NCBI GenBank assembly: GCA_044892525.1
Contig: CM097885.1
Span: forward strand, 6,822,001 to 6,882,000
DNA from: Schmidtea polychroa
Taxonomy: Eukaryota
Direction of reading: 5' to 3'
Length of the DNA: 60,000 nucleotides
Shown here: positions 14,193-28,559 of the stretch, one piece after another
Position numbering within the stretch: position 1 is the stretch's first letter
Layout: every line of letters begins with the position of its first letter
Program-made: the position numbers and the translations under genes
Notes under the pieces: model-generated
Databases searched by the model: none
What the model saw: only the letters and a program-made list of their open reading frames with translations
What the model was told of the DNA's origin: nothing

Positions 14193-15222
14193 TTTTTTTA
14201 TGTTGTAAATTATAAATATATTACTTATTACTGAATGACGAATTTAACTGATTTTAAATGACCCAGTTGATGTTGAGATTTGCCTGTATGAAACTATATG
14301 GTAGATGGTGATGGTATCAACTTGAGAATGAATGGTAAAGATAAACTGTTGGTGTTAATTCGTGTCAAGAATGTCGTGGGTCTTTGGTTTGTGTGATTGT
14401 CAGTGACCCGTCGTAGCAGAGAAATCAAAATGGTTGCGGGTTGTTCGATGATAGAAATAATATGAGTAGCGCTAATACCGTGAGCAATAGAAAATGACGT
14501 AAGTCTTTTTAACGGCAGTCGGGAAATGGTTTTTTGCGATTTTGAAATGTAATGTCTTTGAACCATACGTTTTAATGTTGCAGTTGTTGGCTAAAGCAAG
14601 TTTGAAAGAGGCATCTCAGGAATTAAGATTGAATGTATTTACTGGAGTGATACACACCATACTTTAAATTAAATTATAAGAAATCTGTAAATTTTGAAAT
14701 TGGTAAATTTTATTATAAAAGTCTTTTTTCTAATTTTATTAAATTATCCTTGGATTTGAATTGTTTAAATATTCATAATATATTAAATTTTGGTGAAATC
14801 TTTTAAACGTCTAATAATAAAGTTGAAGAAATAAATTTATATTTAAATGCAATCAGTAATAAATCATTGATATAATATTCTCAAAATCATAGCTAAACGA
14901 GATCCTTCTAAAAGAGAGATTAAACCTGTAGATAAAGATGCATTTCAATTATTTGATGATATAGAATCAGGATCGGATGAAGATTTTTCTGATGGTAAAA
15001 TACTTATTATTGGTTTAATCGCTGTTATAGATGATTTCCAGAAAAGAGAAATCAAAGCGTTAACTTATTTATTTAAAATATAATATAAAGGAAATATTTA
15101 CTGAAATTCTCTACAATTTATTTTCTATGTTCAATAATATTACTCAAGAATTACATTTAAATAATTAGGTAATTAGATTTTTGATTTAATATTTTAATTA
15201 TTAAATTTTTTATTAATTAATT

Positions 15223-16466
15223 TGTAACCACAAGCTGTTTTATCACAAAAATGCCCTGGCTTAATTTGCCTTTCCTGCTAGCAGTTGCTAGAATCCAGAT
15301 CACCTCGTGACACAAAGATTCTAGCATGGTTACCGCGTGGGGTCCTCCTCCAGGTCGCCATGTCGCTCATCCGGGTTTCCTAGCCTTACGGGTTACCCGC
15401 CTCCGCTGTACGGGCCTCAGGTGAAGGGACCCGCCCTATATCTGTCCCCCTCCCTCCCCCGCATGCCGAATGGTGAAAGCTTCAATCCATGCTGCGGCAT
15501 GCAGATGGAGCCCGAACCTGTCATAATCATGTCCCAGCACGCCACAGGGCCGCCTGCACGCACCCCTAAATGCCCACAGGCCAGCATACCAAAGGGCCTC
15601 AATTATTACCCCACTCAACTAACTGCCGAACCCGAACGAGGAACTGCTCAAGGCATTCCAGTTAATCCAATAATCAAGGTGGCCATAATTTGCGCCAACA
15701 GCCCGATCTGGGTGACAAGAGTAACACGAGCGTGTTTCCCAAAGCATTCCGTAATAGCGCTAACCCAGAAATCGGTTACTGCTTACCTTGGCAATTCCCT
15801 GCTGAGAGCTTCCAAGAAGGAAAACAGTAATAACAGAATGATTACTGAAGCTCCGATTTATGCAGGCCAATTTAAGTTTGCTAGTTTCTCTCTTTCTATT
15901 GGTCGAATTTCTAAATTATATTCAGTCATTTCATTGATTTATGATTTACCCAATCGGTTGCTCGTTGCTGTCCACCTTGATTGGTGCTTCCTGCTGGATT
16001 AGCTGTGATTCCGTTAGCATGCTATATTGTAGCTGTTCATATTACACAGTTATTCATTTGATACAATTTGCATTGAGTTTTATATTAAATCAATTCATAT
16101 TCGATTTCCAGATTATTTTAGGAATATAAATTACCTTTGGCCCCGAAACAGAAATTGGTACGTTACCTTGCTTGATTATAGGTTTGTAACCTATCGAATT
16201 TATTATGGCTGCCTCTCAGTGAAGGAATCTGCCACATTTAATCAGTTGCTTAAATTCACCCAGATAATCAAATATGAAAGAAAACAGCAAAATTAAACGC
16301 TTAATTATAAATTGCAGCAAGCCATTTAGATAGAAAGCGCAAAATATAAATAAATATTAATCAGGAGGTTTCATTAGGTGCCTTATCATTTCTCATGCTT
16401 GATATTCTTTTCCGTTCTTAATTCTCCCCATCTTATTTCTATCGTACTTGCTGGGCCTGGGTTACA
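15223..16466 (+). mobile_element. Probable LTR of an LTR retrotransposon followed by a PBS-like TGGTGACC
   Basis: Termini TGTAACC...GGTTACA form a 7-bp perfect inverted pair; GC-rich interior; TGGTGACC at ~16475; no TSD or second LTR found. Confidence 0.45.
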
Positions 16467-17287
16467 TAGCTGCTTGGTGACCGGAGCGCCGCTGGAGTTC
16501 CTGAGATAAGGGCCGGCGCCAGCTTATTTATCGACCTAGGCAAAACTTATCAAAACGCCCCCTTTCACACAAATTAATAAAGAAATAAATATATATAAGA
16601 AAACAATAAATTTAAAGTGACACATTAATTTATTATCGATTGCATAAATGTTGCAAAATTAAAATTTAATTTTCCTTGCCTTCTTCCTCGCCAAATTTTC
16701 TACTAATTCCTTCAATCCCAGTGTCAAAGCGTAATCAATCAGATTCCATTGAAATTGCTGCCAAGTCCACAAGCCTGCTTTGCGATATAGTTGAACGCAA
16801 GCAACTTTTAATTAATTCCAATTTTGAAAACCTGCGTTCTCCACTAGCTACGGACACTGCAAGTGCTAATAATATTCTCAAGGAAACAACAACATTTGGT
16901 ACACAATCTTCCAATTTAATGTTGTGCTATATAGAGGAGCACATCTTATGGTGACAGGCTGCGGGAACAAAAGAAATTGAACAAGAAAATAAAAACCAAG
17001 GTCAGTACTAATAAATTAGTACAAAAAGGAAAAGGAATTTCGAAATAGGGAAAATAGAAAAAACAGCAATACTCTTATCTCGACAGCTTGTCAGTGATAG
17101 CAGATTGCTACGGAAAGGCGGGTGAACAAAAAAGTAAAAAGGGAAAATAACTTGACAGCCGTCAGAGATAAAAATGAAACAGTCGGGGATAGCAGGAGAA
17201 AGAAAGTCGGAAAACACTTGATTATCTTGAGTGCCACAATATAAGCAAACGTAGAGGAAAAGGAAAATGGTAAATAGAATCTGTCGC

Positions 17288-20200
17288 TAGTGGCCTGCCG
17301 AACTTCGATTTGAACTTCGATTCGGACCAAAGTTCAAACACTTCGGAAACTTCGGACTTCGGCAATAGACCCTGTACGATCCAAATAGTGAAATTTTGCT
17401 TGAGCGATAATAAATTATTATTGTTCCGTGATTATTTACATTAAAATTAATGGCGACACCCAAACAATGAAAGTAAATAAAATCTTAGTTGTTGTTGTTC
17501 ATTTTTCTTTACTATCGATTTTCCTTTCTACGGCTATGTCATACGAACACTGACAAGTCTAGCCTAGCCGTGGCTGTGTCGCTGTGTACACAATAGCCGT
17601 TCATGTTCATGCATCTCTATTCTCTACACTATAGCAGCCCTATACGTCAATCTCTGACTATTCTTAGCATAATCTCGATTGATTCGAGCCACGATATCGG
17701 GGGGCAGGCGCTTGAATAGGCATGGCTTGCGAGGCTGAGGCTACTGTAATACCACAATCAATTACCGATCGCAATCTAATAGGCCTAATAATAATTTTAC
17801 TCTGTACGAAATTTATTGCTTGGGCACTATTAGACTTGACTACTGTCAAGAGAGAAATACCACATAATCTACACATTTAAATTAATGTTGAGCACATTTA
17901 AATTTATTATGTCATCTATCGTCTCTGTATGTTGACTCTTCAATCTTATTGCATGCCTGATGGAAGCAGCACAAGATGCCACGCGCGTGTATGCAGTTCA
18001 ACCGAGTGCATATGTCAATGTCATGCACGATGATTTTCGTATACCGTACCTATCGACTTTATCGACAATAATACTTATTATAAAATTATATAGAAATAAT
18101 TGTGTCATTTTTCTGTCATAAAATTGTGTGTTTATTCATTAGGTAAAATATTAGACTGAGCAGAACTGCCAGTTGAGCATCCGATTCACTTTCCACATCA
18201 TCACATGCGAAAATCTCCATAGCTCCATACCCCTCCCCAGTGTACATAATATATATAAAAGCCCATCAAATTTGAAATCGAAAATTTTAAATATATTTCT
18301 TCAACAAAATTAATAAATTAGATTTAAATATTAAAAATAAATGAAATTAAATAAATATGGCTAATGCTATGAGAAGTAAAATTTGGAATTTCTTTGAAAT
18401 CAACGCTGTGGATGAATCTTTTGCTAACTGTGGGACATGTAGAATGAAAATGAAACGTGGCGGCAAGGATCCAAGATCATACGGAACAACAACATTAATC
18501 AACCACCTACGTTCTAAACATCCGGACAAGTACAAAGAATATTCACAGGCGTGTGATTCTGCAAAGAAACGACAAGCTGAAGAGGAAGAAAATCAACTCA
18601 ATGCCGCAGCTAAGAAGCCAAAGCTACAAACTCTGGATGCATGTATTGAACGTACACGTCCATTTGAATCGGGCCATCCTCGTCAGATCCTCATAACGAA
18701 ACTAATTGGTGAGATGATAGCCTTGGATAGTCAGCCATTTTCGATTGTCAGTGACGAAGGATTCCAACGTGTTCTGCATCAATTGGTGCCCAGATACGTC
18801 ATTCCAGACGAGACTTATTTCTCAAGAACAATCATACCGGACATGTTTGCTGCAGTGAAGTCGAAAGTCAAGAATCTCATCGGAGATGCTAAACTTCTGT
18901 GCTTCACGAGTGATGTGTGGACAACCACCAACAGCCTAAATGGATTCCTCTCTTTGACAGCACACTGGATCGACAACAATTGGGAACGCAAATTTGTGGT
19001 GCTGGCACTTCGAGGAATCAACGGACATCACACCGGTAAGCTGATTGGAGATACCATATTGGAATTGTTGAATGAATGGGACATTGATGCAGGCAGACGT
19101 GGAACCTTCGTTCGCGATAACGGGTCAAGCATGGTGAAGGCCGCTAGTGTTGCAGGCTTATCAGATCTAGGCTGCTACATACACACGATTCAGTTAGTTG
19201 GGTGCAGGATTAAAGAAGACGCAAAAGGCTGTCATTGATGCAGTTGCAGCTTCCCGCAACATTGTAACCCACTTCCGGCATTCACCATTAGCCAATGATC
19301 GACTGGAAGAGATTCAAAATTCTTTTCAGCCGGATGCTGCCGGAAACCCATATCCCGTCCACCGCCTGATACAAGATGTACAGACAAGGAGGAACTCCAC
19401 GTTTTATATGTTGGAACGTTTGATCGAACAGAGAAAAGCAATAGCTCTCTATCTCCAAGACAACGAAGTCACCAATCTGACAAACAATCAGTGGAAATTA
19501 ATCGAAAGGGTCGTGTCGACATTGCGTCCATTTGAAGAGGAAACGCGGAATGCTAGTTTGTCAACTGCAACAAGTGGAATGATTATTCCAAGTGTGCGTG
19601 TACTTCAGGCAGTTTTGACGAGACCAGCAAAGGAGGGTGACGACCTCTGCATTCAAACAATGCGTGCTGAAATGCTTGCGGATCTCAGCCGCAGGTATGC
19701 TAACGTTGAAAATATCTACTGCTTTGGATCTAGTGTACAAGCTTCGTCTCTTTAACGCGAATGCAATGAATGCTGTATCGTCGACGGACAACTCGCGTGA
19801 TGAAGTGCCAGCAGGCCCAACACCTTCCACATCATCTTCATCAGCCACATCTGCTTTGGATAGCTACTACGACGACATGCTTGGAGCTACACAATCCAAC
19901 TTTACAGATTCCGGTAATCTCCAACAACAGCTCGATGCATATTTAACGGAAGCGTGCAACCAACGACACTCACCTCCAAAAGATCCAATAGAATATTGGA
20001 AATCAAGGCAATACACATATCCTCAACTTGCACTGGTCGCCAAACAATTCTGTGCTTCTCCTCCTTCCAGCGTGGATAGTGAAAGAACCTTCAGTTTGGC
20101 TGGTCTTATATGCGATGACCGTCGATCAAAGTTAACACCAGCAAAAACTGAGATGCTTCTATTTTTAATGAAAAATCTCGATGTGGTCCGTTTTGACTAC

Positions 20201-20676
20201 TAATAAACTAATGAATTCTATTAACTCATCGGACAAGATGTATATATTTATATAAACACATGTATTTTTTTATTTTTTCGTTTCACGTTACTTTGCTTGT
20301 TGCTAACAGATCTATGTTATATAATTTACATCCATGTTTCAAAAGACAACAAAATGAACACTTCTCAATATCTTGTATTATCACCCATTGTATAATTTTT
20401 TTAGTTTTATTGATATGATTCATTTTATTAATTATTAATAAAAATAATATCAAAATTAGCAATAATGTTACATTTTTTAAATAACTGTTGATAATAAAAG
20501 GTAGTTATTACAATTTATTATAATTTTGGTTAGCGTTGATTCCTTTCTTGGTATAATATGCGTCTTGAATCGCCGTAGGTCATTGCAGTAGGTACAGGTC
20601 CGTAAATTATTTTCGCGCACCAGACATTTGATTCGACTTCGGACTTCGGCAAAAAAGTCACTTCGGCAGGCCCCTG
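17288..20676 (+). mobile_element. Nested hAT (Ac/ZBED-type) transposon
   Basis: TIRs TAGTGGCCTGCCGAA / CAGGGGCCTGCCGAA (13/15); ACTTCG(G/A) subterminal repeats at both ends. Confidence 0.85.
18357..20203 (+). pseudogene. BED-finger hAT transposase with two frameshifts
   Basis: BED finger WNFF..CGTC..TTTLINHLRSKH; TSDVWT, RDNGS, CYIHTIQL; C-terminal PPSSVDSERTFSLAG; split over ORFs 18357, 19198 and 19637. Confidence 0.92.
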
Positions 20677-23600
20677 CTTTTGATCCTGATTTTTCTAGAA
20701 TTGACGAGCTGTTTTGTTAAATAACTTGCAGCAAAAACAAAAAACCGTATATTTTATAGTTGAATATATCAACTGTGAACGGTATACTTCTTCACCATTG
20801 GCTAGTTTTCCCTTATAGTGAATTGGAGAAAATCTTCGATTTTTGGAATCTTTTGGAAAATTATGTGTAATAATTTGATTTGTTGAATTTTGTAATAAAA
20901 TCTGACGAAAATTATCATTACAATAGTCAGCCCAGTTTTATGGGTCATTGTAATCTACATAATTAATCCTGGCACTGGTACTGGATTTAATTTCATGTGA
21001 ACTTTCGGTTTGCATCAAAATATCAAACTATGAAACACCTTCTCTTTTATTTTCTTCTTTTTATGAAATACCTTCATCCGCGTGATCTGACATATTTTGT
21101 TGTACATCTGATTGTCCTACACATCTATCCAAGTCGCTGTTGGCTGAAACATCAAGACTTGATTTGAAACACTTTAACAGTCAACCACTTTCATTCGCAC
21201 GCTCTTCAGCTCTGAGAGTTTTGCGCTTACGAATTTGAAATCCGGATGGCTTTTTTGATGACATTTTAAAAGCACTAATGTCCCAATATAAATAATATTT
21301 AATTATTTTAATACAACAAATTAATATTTGCTATTAAACTTACCAGCAAAGAAGTGTTTAATGCTTTGTCGTATGAAGGATAACAAAATCAAATTTACTG
21401 CACGTAACTTCACTGACTCAATTATTTTTCTAATAATGCACAAAATTACACTTATCAGTAAACCTGTAATTATCAATAAACTATAACTGTTGTGTGTTTA
21501 CTGCGACTGTTTGTATTTCGCTGTGTGCGATACAAATTGTGATACACAAACAATAACGGTTCTCGGCAGAATTAAAAATCAAAATGGCTCAGAACGCCGC
21601 GTCATGCGCTGGAGCGATCTCTAAATCAACATTAAAATTAGTTTACCATCTGTAATGTTCGAAATTAAAAGGTTTATATTAAATACAATAATTATCTAAT
21701 TATATTACCCTGTGCCTAATTAATAATTGCGATTTCACATTTTATCACCCCTCTCTGGATAGCGCCCTAGGGACCGCCTAGTTTGCCTTAATAGTAGCGC
21801 CGGCTCTGCTCGACCAACTCCTGTGCCCGTGTGGATCCACCGACGCAACTCGATAACCTGCTGTGTCTGCTCTGGGATCGTGATCTTGCGATCACGAATG
21901 ATTCCTTGCTCCTCCACTCGAGCCTTCTGCGCTTCCTAACCAAAACCTCGCTGTGTAGCGCGTCACGTCCTGGCGAAATTTACCCATTGAACCCATGCTG
22001 CACTTAATTCTTGTTTAAATGAACTTGAAACTCCAGCGATATTGATTTCATTGCCTGAGCACCAGCAGCAGATCTGACTATATCCGAATAACTAGATAAG
22101 TTATTCTAATCTCATATTTATTTTTAATCAGGAGAAATATCAAATTTATCATTGTTATAAACTTTAATTTATTTCTTAGCCAATTAAAAATGCAAGATAA
22201 ATATAACTAAATAAAACTTATCCAAATGTCATGAATCTAATCAATGTAACCATGACAGCTGCCATGTTGGTGCTGTATATTGTCATTGGGAGCAAGGAGG
22301 GAGGTGAGCTGCTGTCTTACACCTACTCGCCCCATCATGCTCTCTGCGGGTCCATTACTGCCGCTCCCCGTCTTGATCAATGATATCAGTGCGGTATGAA
22401 TTGCAGCTTTGTTATAATTAATAAAGAGAAACGCGTGATTGATTAGCAAATATGTTCTATTTTCTATAACAGCTGTTTTATTTGTTTGAATATTCAAATA
22501 TTTAAATATTGAACATGATTTAAATGAAAATTCCCGCTTGGTCAAGTTGTTGCCCAGCCAAAACGAAATCCGAAGTTTCAAGCGCGAAATACATCAAATG
22601 AAAAGCAGAAATTTCGATGCCTGCTTCGGTTGAGAATGAAATTTACCATTGGATTGATTTTGATAATGCATCAGATAATTCCAATGTTCCTTTCAATGAT
22701 TCTATTTTTAATTAATGTTATAAATGATGTTCTACTTATTGTGAATTGGGCTGATAATTGGGTTTTACTGGTTTCAGGAAATGATTTGCCCAATAAATAA
22801 GGTTTCTAGTAAACTAAATAATTCTAATCAACCTATAATAAAACAACAACAGAAAATTGAAGCGTGCACTTTTAAACATTTTAATGAGTTTTTAATTTAA
22901 TTAATTTAAAACATCGTATAACAGGCATTTACCAAATAAACAATTGACTTCATGTTACGCACAAAACAGGATGTACAGTAAGAACATATTCATAATATAT
23001 TATGAAGAACAGCTAAACAACAATCGAATTTCGTTTGTAATGTCAATAATGTTAATTTCGTAACTAGAAATTTATTGCATCTCATCACGTCCTTCTGACT
23101 GGCTGCACGTGCTAAACTTGTCATGATTTTTGTTTTTTATGGTCGGTCGGGCCCCACAGCACGGCTATATCAGCTATCACAGTAGTTGCACCACTCATTC
23201 CTGATTGATGTTAACGCCGCTGCCTCCAAATATCATTCGTCTATATTCACGATCAATATCTAACTCACTCTCTTCTAGTCTAAACTCTTTCTTGGCATAT
23301 ATTTTCTGCGTCTCAGTGAACAATTCCTGGGTTTCATAGTGTCATACGATTCTATCTCAACTCACTCTGAAATTCAAAACTAAATTTTAGTTTCATTTTT
23401 ATATCATTAAAAAACAAAATTCGGAATTTTTGGTCATGATATGAGTTCGTTTCGTAACCTAAATGTTTCACTTCTCTCAATGCATGTGACCTGCTCTAGT
23501 GAAAATTATTAATTGTATGAATTCAAGGAAGTAAAATGTAAAAATTAAAGAAATTTGCATATCGATTTACCAAACATAAATATAAAATCCATAAATAAAA

Positions 23601-24796
23601 TCCTTACTGTTGGATGCGCATGAATGAATCTCGTGTTTTTCTTTAATTGATCTCTTAGATTCTGGTGGTTATTAATTATGGTTTGTTGGATTGTTTACTT
23701 AACTTATAAATGACATTTGGGCACATTTCATTTTGTAGTCAAAATCTTTTTAAAAATTTGCTATTAAAAAATTCTTATCAAAAACATTTTCAATAACAAT
23801 ATTGATTTAAATAATTTTCTTGGATTTAAAAAAAAATATTAATGTTATTTTTTTACAAAATTTTGGAAATTAAGTTACAAATAAATTCGAAAAACACTGA
23901 AAAATTAACATTAAAAAACCAATATTTATAAAATATCTGTTTATCTATAAAAACATTTTAAATATAGAAATTTCAAAATTAAGAGGAAATAACTATTATT
24001 TATAATTATGATTTATGAATGTTTTAATAATTTATTTATTTTCACAAATATTGATTTGAAACATTCGAGTCTGACAAAATATTTCGACTTTTAACATTTT
24101 CACATATTAGGTTTATTGATTTATTTATTTTACTCTATTCTAACTTTTCGATCATTGAAATATCCTTATCCAATTGTGGATCATTCCCAATATTTATAAC
24201 CATAACGAGATCATTAGATCAAAGGCTAAAACCCCACAATTCCTGAATACATTATTAACCTGCTTAGCGTTACAGAGTAAAATTTTATTCATATCATTTT
24301 TTTTAAAAATTGAATGAAAATTTTTTGTTATTTTGTTAAAAAGTATTTGAATTAAAAATATTGATTTTTTGTTAAATTTCTATTTTTGCTCTGATGATTT
24401 TGAATTTCTTTCTAATCTGTTCAAATAAATTCTAAATTTAGATAAAATTTTTTAAATTTTTATGAAAAATATTAATTTTTATATTTTGACCTATTTTTAA
24501 TTTTGATTTTCTCTTTAAAAAAGTTATTTAAATTTCCATCAAAATTTTACTTTTTGTTATCAAATTTTAATTTAAATAATTTTGTAAGATTTAAAATAAA
24601 AAAACAATGAAAATTAACATTAATAAAATTTCGAATTACACTCAAAGCTAAAATACAATATTTATAAATTGTTTGTTTATCTACATTAAAATACAAATTA
24701 TAAATATTGAAATTGTAAACGTCAGAAATAATTAATATAATAAGTATAATTTGTGAAAATTGTAAAATGTTGAAAATTTTGTTTATTTTAGATAAA

Positions 24797-26292
24797 ATGT
24801 TTTCAAGCGTATGGGAAATGATGAAGAGAAATAAATTTGAATTTGATAATGAAATCAGCAATGATTTGATGTGCAGAATTTGCAAATGTTTAATGATAAA
24901 AGCTTGCCAAGCTCCTTGCGGGTGTCACTTTTGTTCTGATTGCATTGAGCATTATTTGGAAGGAAAAGATAAATTCTGTCCAGGAGCAGCAAAATATTGT
25001 GAAGTTCTAACGATTCTTTTCACTAAAGATGTTTCTGTGGATCATTCAGTGAATTTAAAAATATCTGAAGTTATTGTAAAATGTCCAATGCAAAATTGTG
25101 AATTCAAAACCGAGTTGTGCATGATGGAGAGCCATATGAGAACATGCAACAAGCAGCCAATCAGATGCCCATTCAATAGAATTGGATGTGAAATGAATGA
25201 GGTGGTAAAAGACAAATTGAAAGCCCATCTCAATGAGAACAATGAAGGCCACAGCAAATTATTGATTGATCAGATCAGTAATTTATGCAATGAGATGCAA
25301 GCAATGAGAGATGAGAATATGAAATTGCGTAACGAAATTATCGAATTGAAAGGAGAAATGACGCAATTCAAACAACAATTTGATAATATCAATGTATATT
25401 TTATTTGTAATTGATTTAATTGATATTTATGATTGTAGGTGAAATTGTGCAATATTGAAAGGAAAGAGGTGGAGAACAGAGAGGAAATAGAAGAATTGAA
25501 TGAGGAAATGGTTGCAGTGAAGAATGAGAATCGCTCATTGAGAATGGAGATGGAGACAAATATTGGATCAATCAATCAAGTTTGATTATTGATTTGATTT
25601 GTTATTGAATTTTCATTGATGCAAAGCAGATCAGACAGCAAATTGAGGTTATTGAATCAAGATATCAACAGCAAATTGATGAAATGAAAGAGAAATGCGA
25701 CCAGCAGCTGCAACAGAAGAATGAAAAGGTGATTTATTGATTTACTGAAATGTTTGAATTTGAGATTCAGTTGCAGCTTGAAATGGCGAAATGCGCCAAT
25801 GATATTCGACCCATTAAAAGAAAATTACCAAATAAAAAATATATAAATTATGGATTTTTTGAATGGCAAATCGATAAATTATCACAACAAAAGGAAGATG
25901 AATCGATTTACAGCGAGGCATTTTATTCCGGGCCAATCGGTTACAAAATGTGCTTGGCGGTGTGGATTTGGGGTAATTTGTGTATTTCAGCTGGTTTCTG
26001 TTTCATGCGTGGGGTAAATGATGAGCAATTGGATTGGCCGTTCAAACAATTGGTGACAATCGATGTGATCGATCCAGCAAATGGCAGCATTTATATGAGC
26101 AAGTCAATGACATTTATGAGCAAGTCAATGACATTTATGAGCAAGCCAATGACATTTATGAGCAAGCGTAATGGATGGAGGAAACCGTCAAATGACAGAA
26201 ATATTCCAATTTGGATTTATTTTGGTGATTACTCAATCAATAAATTAGCAGCCAAAAGTGATAAATTGCTGCTCAGGTGCAGAATTGAATAA
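24797..26292 (+). CDS. TRAF: TRAF-family protein (RING, TRAF Zn finger, coiled coil, MATH); predicted exons 24797-25393, 25439-25579, 25630-25728, 25771-26292
   Basis: RING-like CRIC...CGCHFCSDC; Zn finger CPMQNC..H..TC..CPF..GC..H; MATH YSEAFYSGPIGYKMCL, GVNDEQLDWPF. Three phase-0 GT-AG introns of 45, 50 and 42 bp keep the frame; alternative in-frame acceptors are possible. Confidence 0.88.
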
Positions 26293-28559
26293 TTACGAGA
26301 AAATTACAAAAAACATTTCAATAAAAATTGATTTATTTTGGATTTTATCAGATTTATTATTTGCCTTGTGCTGGTGGATCAATTTGTCTGGATCAGTTAT
26401 TGATGCATTTGCCCAATTATAAACTGATTGCAACATTATTGATGATGTGGATCAGCTGTAACCGCATTTAATGCTGATTGGATCAAATCGGATCAGCATT
26501 TAATGAGCTTTGTGCAGATCCATTTATTGAGCTGTTTTGAATCAATTTTTATTGTTGCTCGTGATTTTGAATTGAAATATTTTGAAATTTTTACTTTTTC
26601 ATTTTATATTCAAAATATTTATTTTCTATTTGGAATCATTTTTAATTTTTATTTTCTTTCCGATAAGTGAAATTTTTGCATTTTAATTTCCCCTCAATTG
26701 TTACGCTGCTTTGTTTACAAATTGAGATTTCAATTGCTATTTTATATTTCTCAACCAATTTCCCTCAAATATCAATAATATCGGAATTGCCGCCACCAAT
26801 AAATGAGAAAATCAATGAAAATTAGCATTATATTGATATGAAATTGAATTATTTATTGAACAGCTGTCATTATGAGCATGCAACACACATCATCAGGGGA
26901 TCTCACAATTGCTGTCATTATCTGATCTATTATATCAATGCGGATCAGATATTATGGCAGCCATGTTAGATTTCTATCAGATCATTTATTTGAATTTATT
27001 ATAATAATATTGCAACTGAGCATTTCTTATAATTGAAGGTGAAAATGCATTTGATAGAATCCCTTGAAGGCCAGCCAAATTATCATTATCATTATCGATA
27101 ATTACAATTCCATATTTATAATAATGTTGCTAGGTTCAAGGCAGCAACCAAATTTACACCTTTAGGAGTTCCTTGAAATCTCCATCACATTCCCAACAAT
27201 AATATCCATAGAAACATTGAACATTTCAACATCAAAGCCTTCTGTAGAGTCACAAAATCTCTCATTTTCATTGAGTTTATCAAATATTTGAACGCTTTCA
27301 TTTTACATTTTTTTATGTTTGTCTAATGTTCAAAATAAATGTTTTATTTAAATGTGTTTTTATGAAAAGAATTTTAAATAATTTTATATTAAAATGAAAT
27401 CTCAATAAAGCAAAGCGAAAGAATATGGCTTATATATATATATTTGGCTTTACATATGTTTTTTGTAATTTATGTTTATTTTTATACTAATATTTATTTA
27501 TTTTTACATTCAAATTTTTTAATTAATATTTGTTTTTTTATCAAAATACGAAATAAATGCAATTTAGGCAGAATTTATGTAGCAATAATATTTTACACCA
27601 TTTCCAAATTAGATTTGTTATAAGCGGACAATTTCTACCTGATGACATTCATTTGACTGTCACTCTTTCATTTTACATTTCTTTATTTTTGTCCATTGTT
27701 AGTGAATTTTAGATAATTTTGTTTAAATGAGATCTGAATAAAATTTAATATTTGACTGTTTTGTGAGACCCCTTAAAGAATTTTGGTTTTTTTTGAACTA
27801 ATTAAATTTTTTAGATTTTTTTATAATTATTAATTAAATATTATTTTTAAATTGATATTTATTTATTTTCTATAAAATTAAAATATTTTAATTAATATTT
27901 TTCCACTCAGGATTTTATTATTATAAAAACATCTTCATTGGCATTGAACTATAAATCTCCTTTAAATTACAATAGTAAAAATAGCCTATTAAAGCAATAA
28001 ATTATCATAATTTAATCACAATGACTTACTCTAATGTAGAATCAATTTACAATAAAAAGACAAATTGTTTAATGCTTTATTATGATAACATTGAAGGGCT
28101 GCTATGAATAAACTCAAAATTTGGAAAGATTTTGTCAAAGAAATAACGAAGTGGAAAATTGAGATTTTTTAAAATATTTTATAGATTTTCAATATTTTGA
28201 TTTATTGATTTATTGATTTATTGATTTGCATTGCTGGTTCAAATTAAGATTTGTTTTATTTACTACATTTTCTATTTACCAAATAAAGCAAGCATTTCAA
28301 TAATAAAACGACATCTCAAATAGAACGTGCAGAACCAAAGTGGTCACAGCGAAAACTTATTGAACAGTCAGAATAGACATTTATTGCGATATTCGAGGTT
28401 TTGTGAATTGTATATTTAACGAATTTTATACATAAATATGTTGTTTTGTTTGTCTAAATGTTTTTATAGAACACGTGCAGTCAGAAACAGCGACTTTAAT
28501 ATTTATTTAATTGAAAACTCAACAGATTAAATGAAATGGGACAGTTTTGTTGATATAAA

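Larger units (their letters stand above)
16508..21808 (-). mobile_element. Decayed, internally deleted hAT transposon hosting a nested hAT
   Basis: Ends AAGGGCCGGCGC (16508) and revcomp CAGAGCCGGCGC (21808). Minus-strand N-terminus MSSKKPSGFQIRKRK from 21264 with FCFCCKLF near 20730; C-terminal PNVVVSLRILLALAVSVASGERRFSKLELIKSCLRSTISQSRL at ~16760-16910. TSD not recognisable. Confidence 0.75.

Noticed and set aside
15337..16002. 221-aa ORF
   Set aside because: No recognisable domain, non-ATG start, inside a GC-rich LTR-like segment.
15223..16571. Solo LTR with AATT TSD
   Set aside because: The apparent CA end lies inside the hAT subterminal region; GGTTACA at 16466 is a better end.
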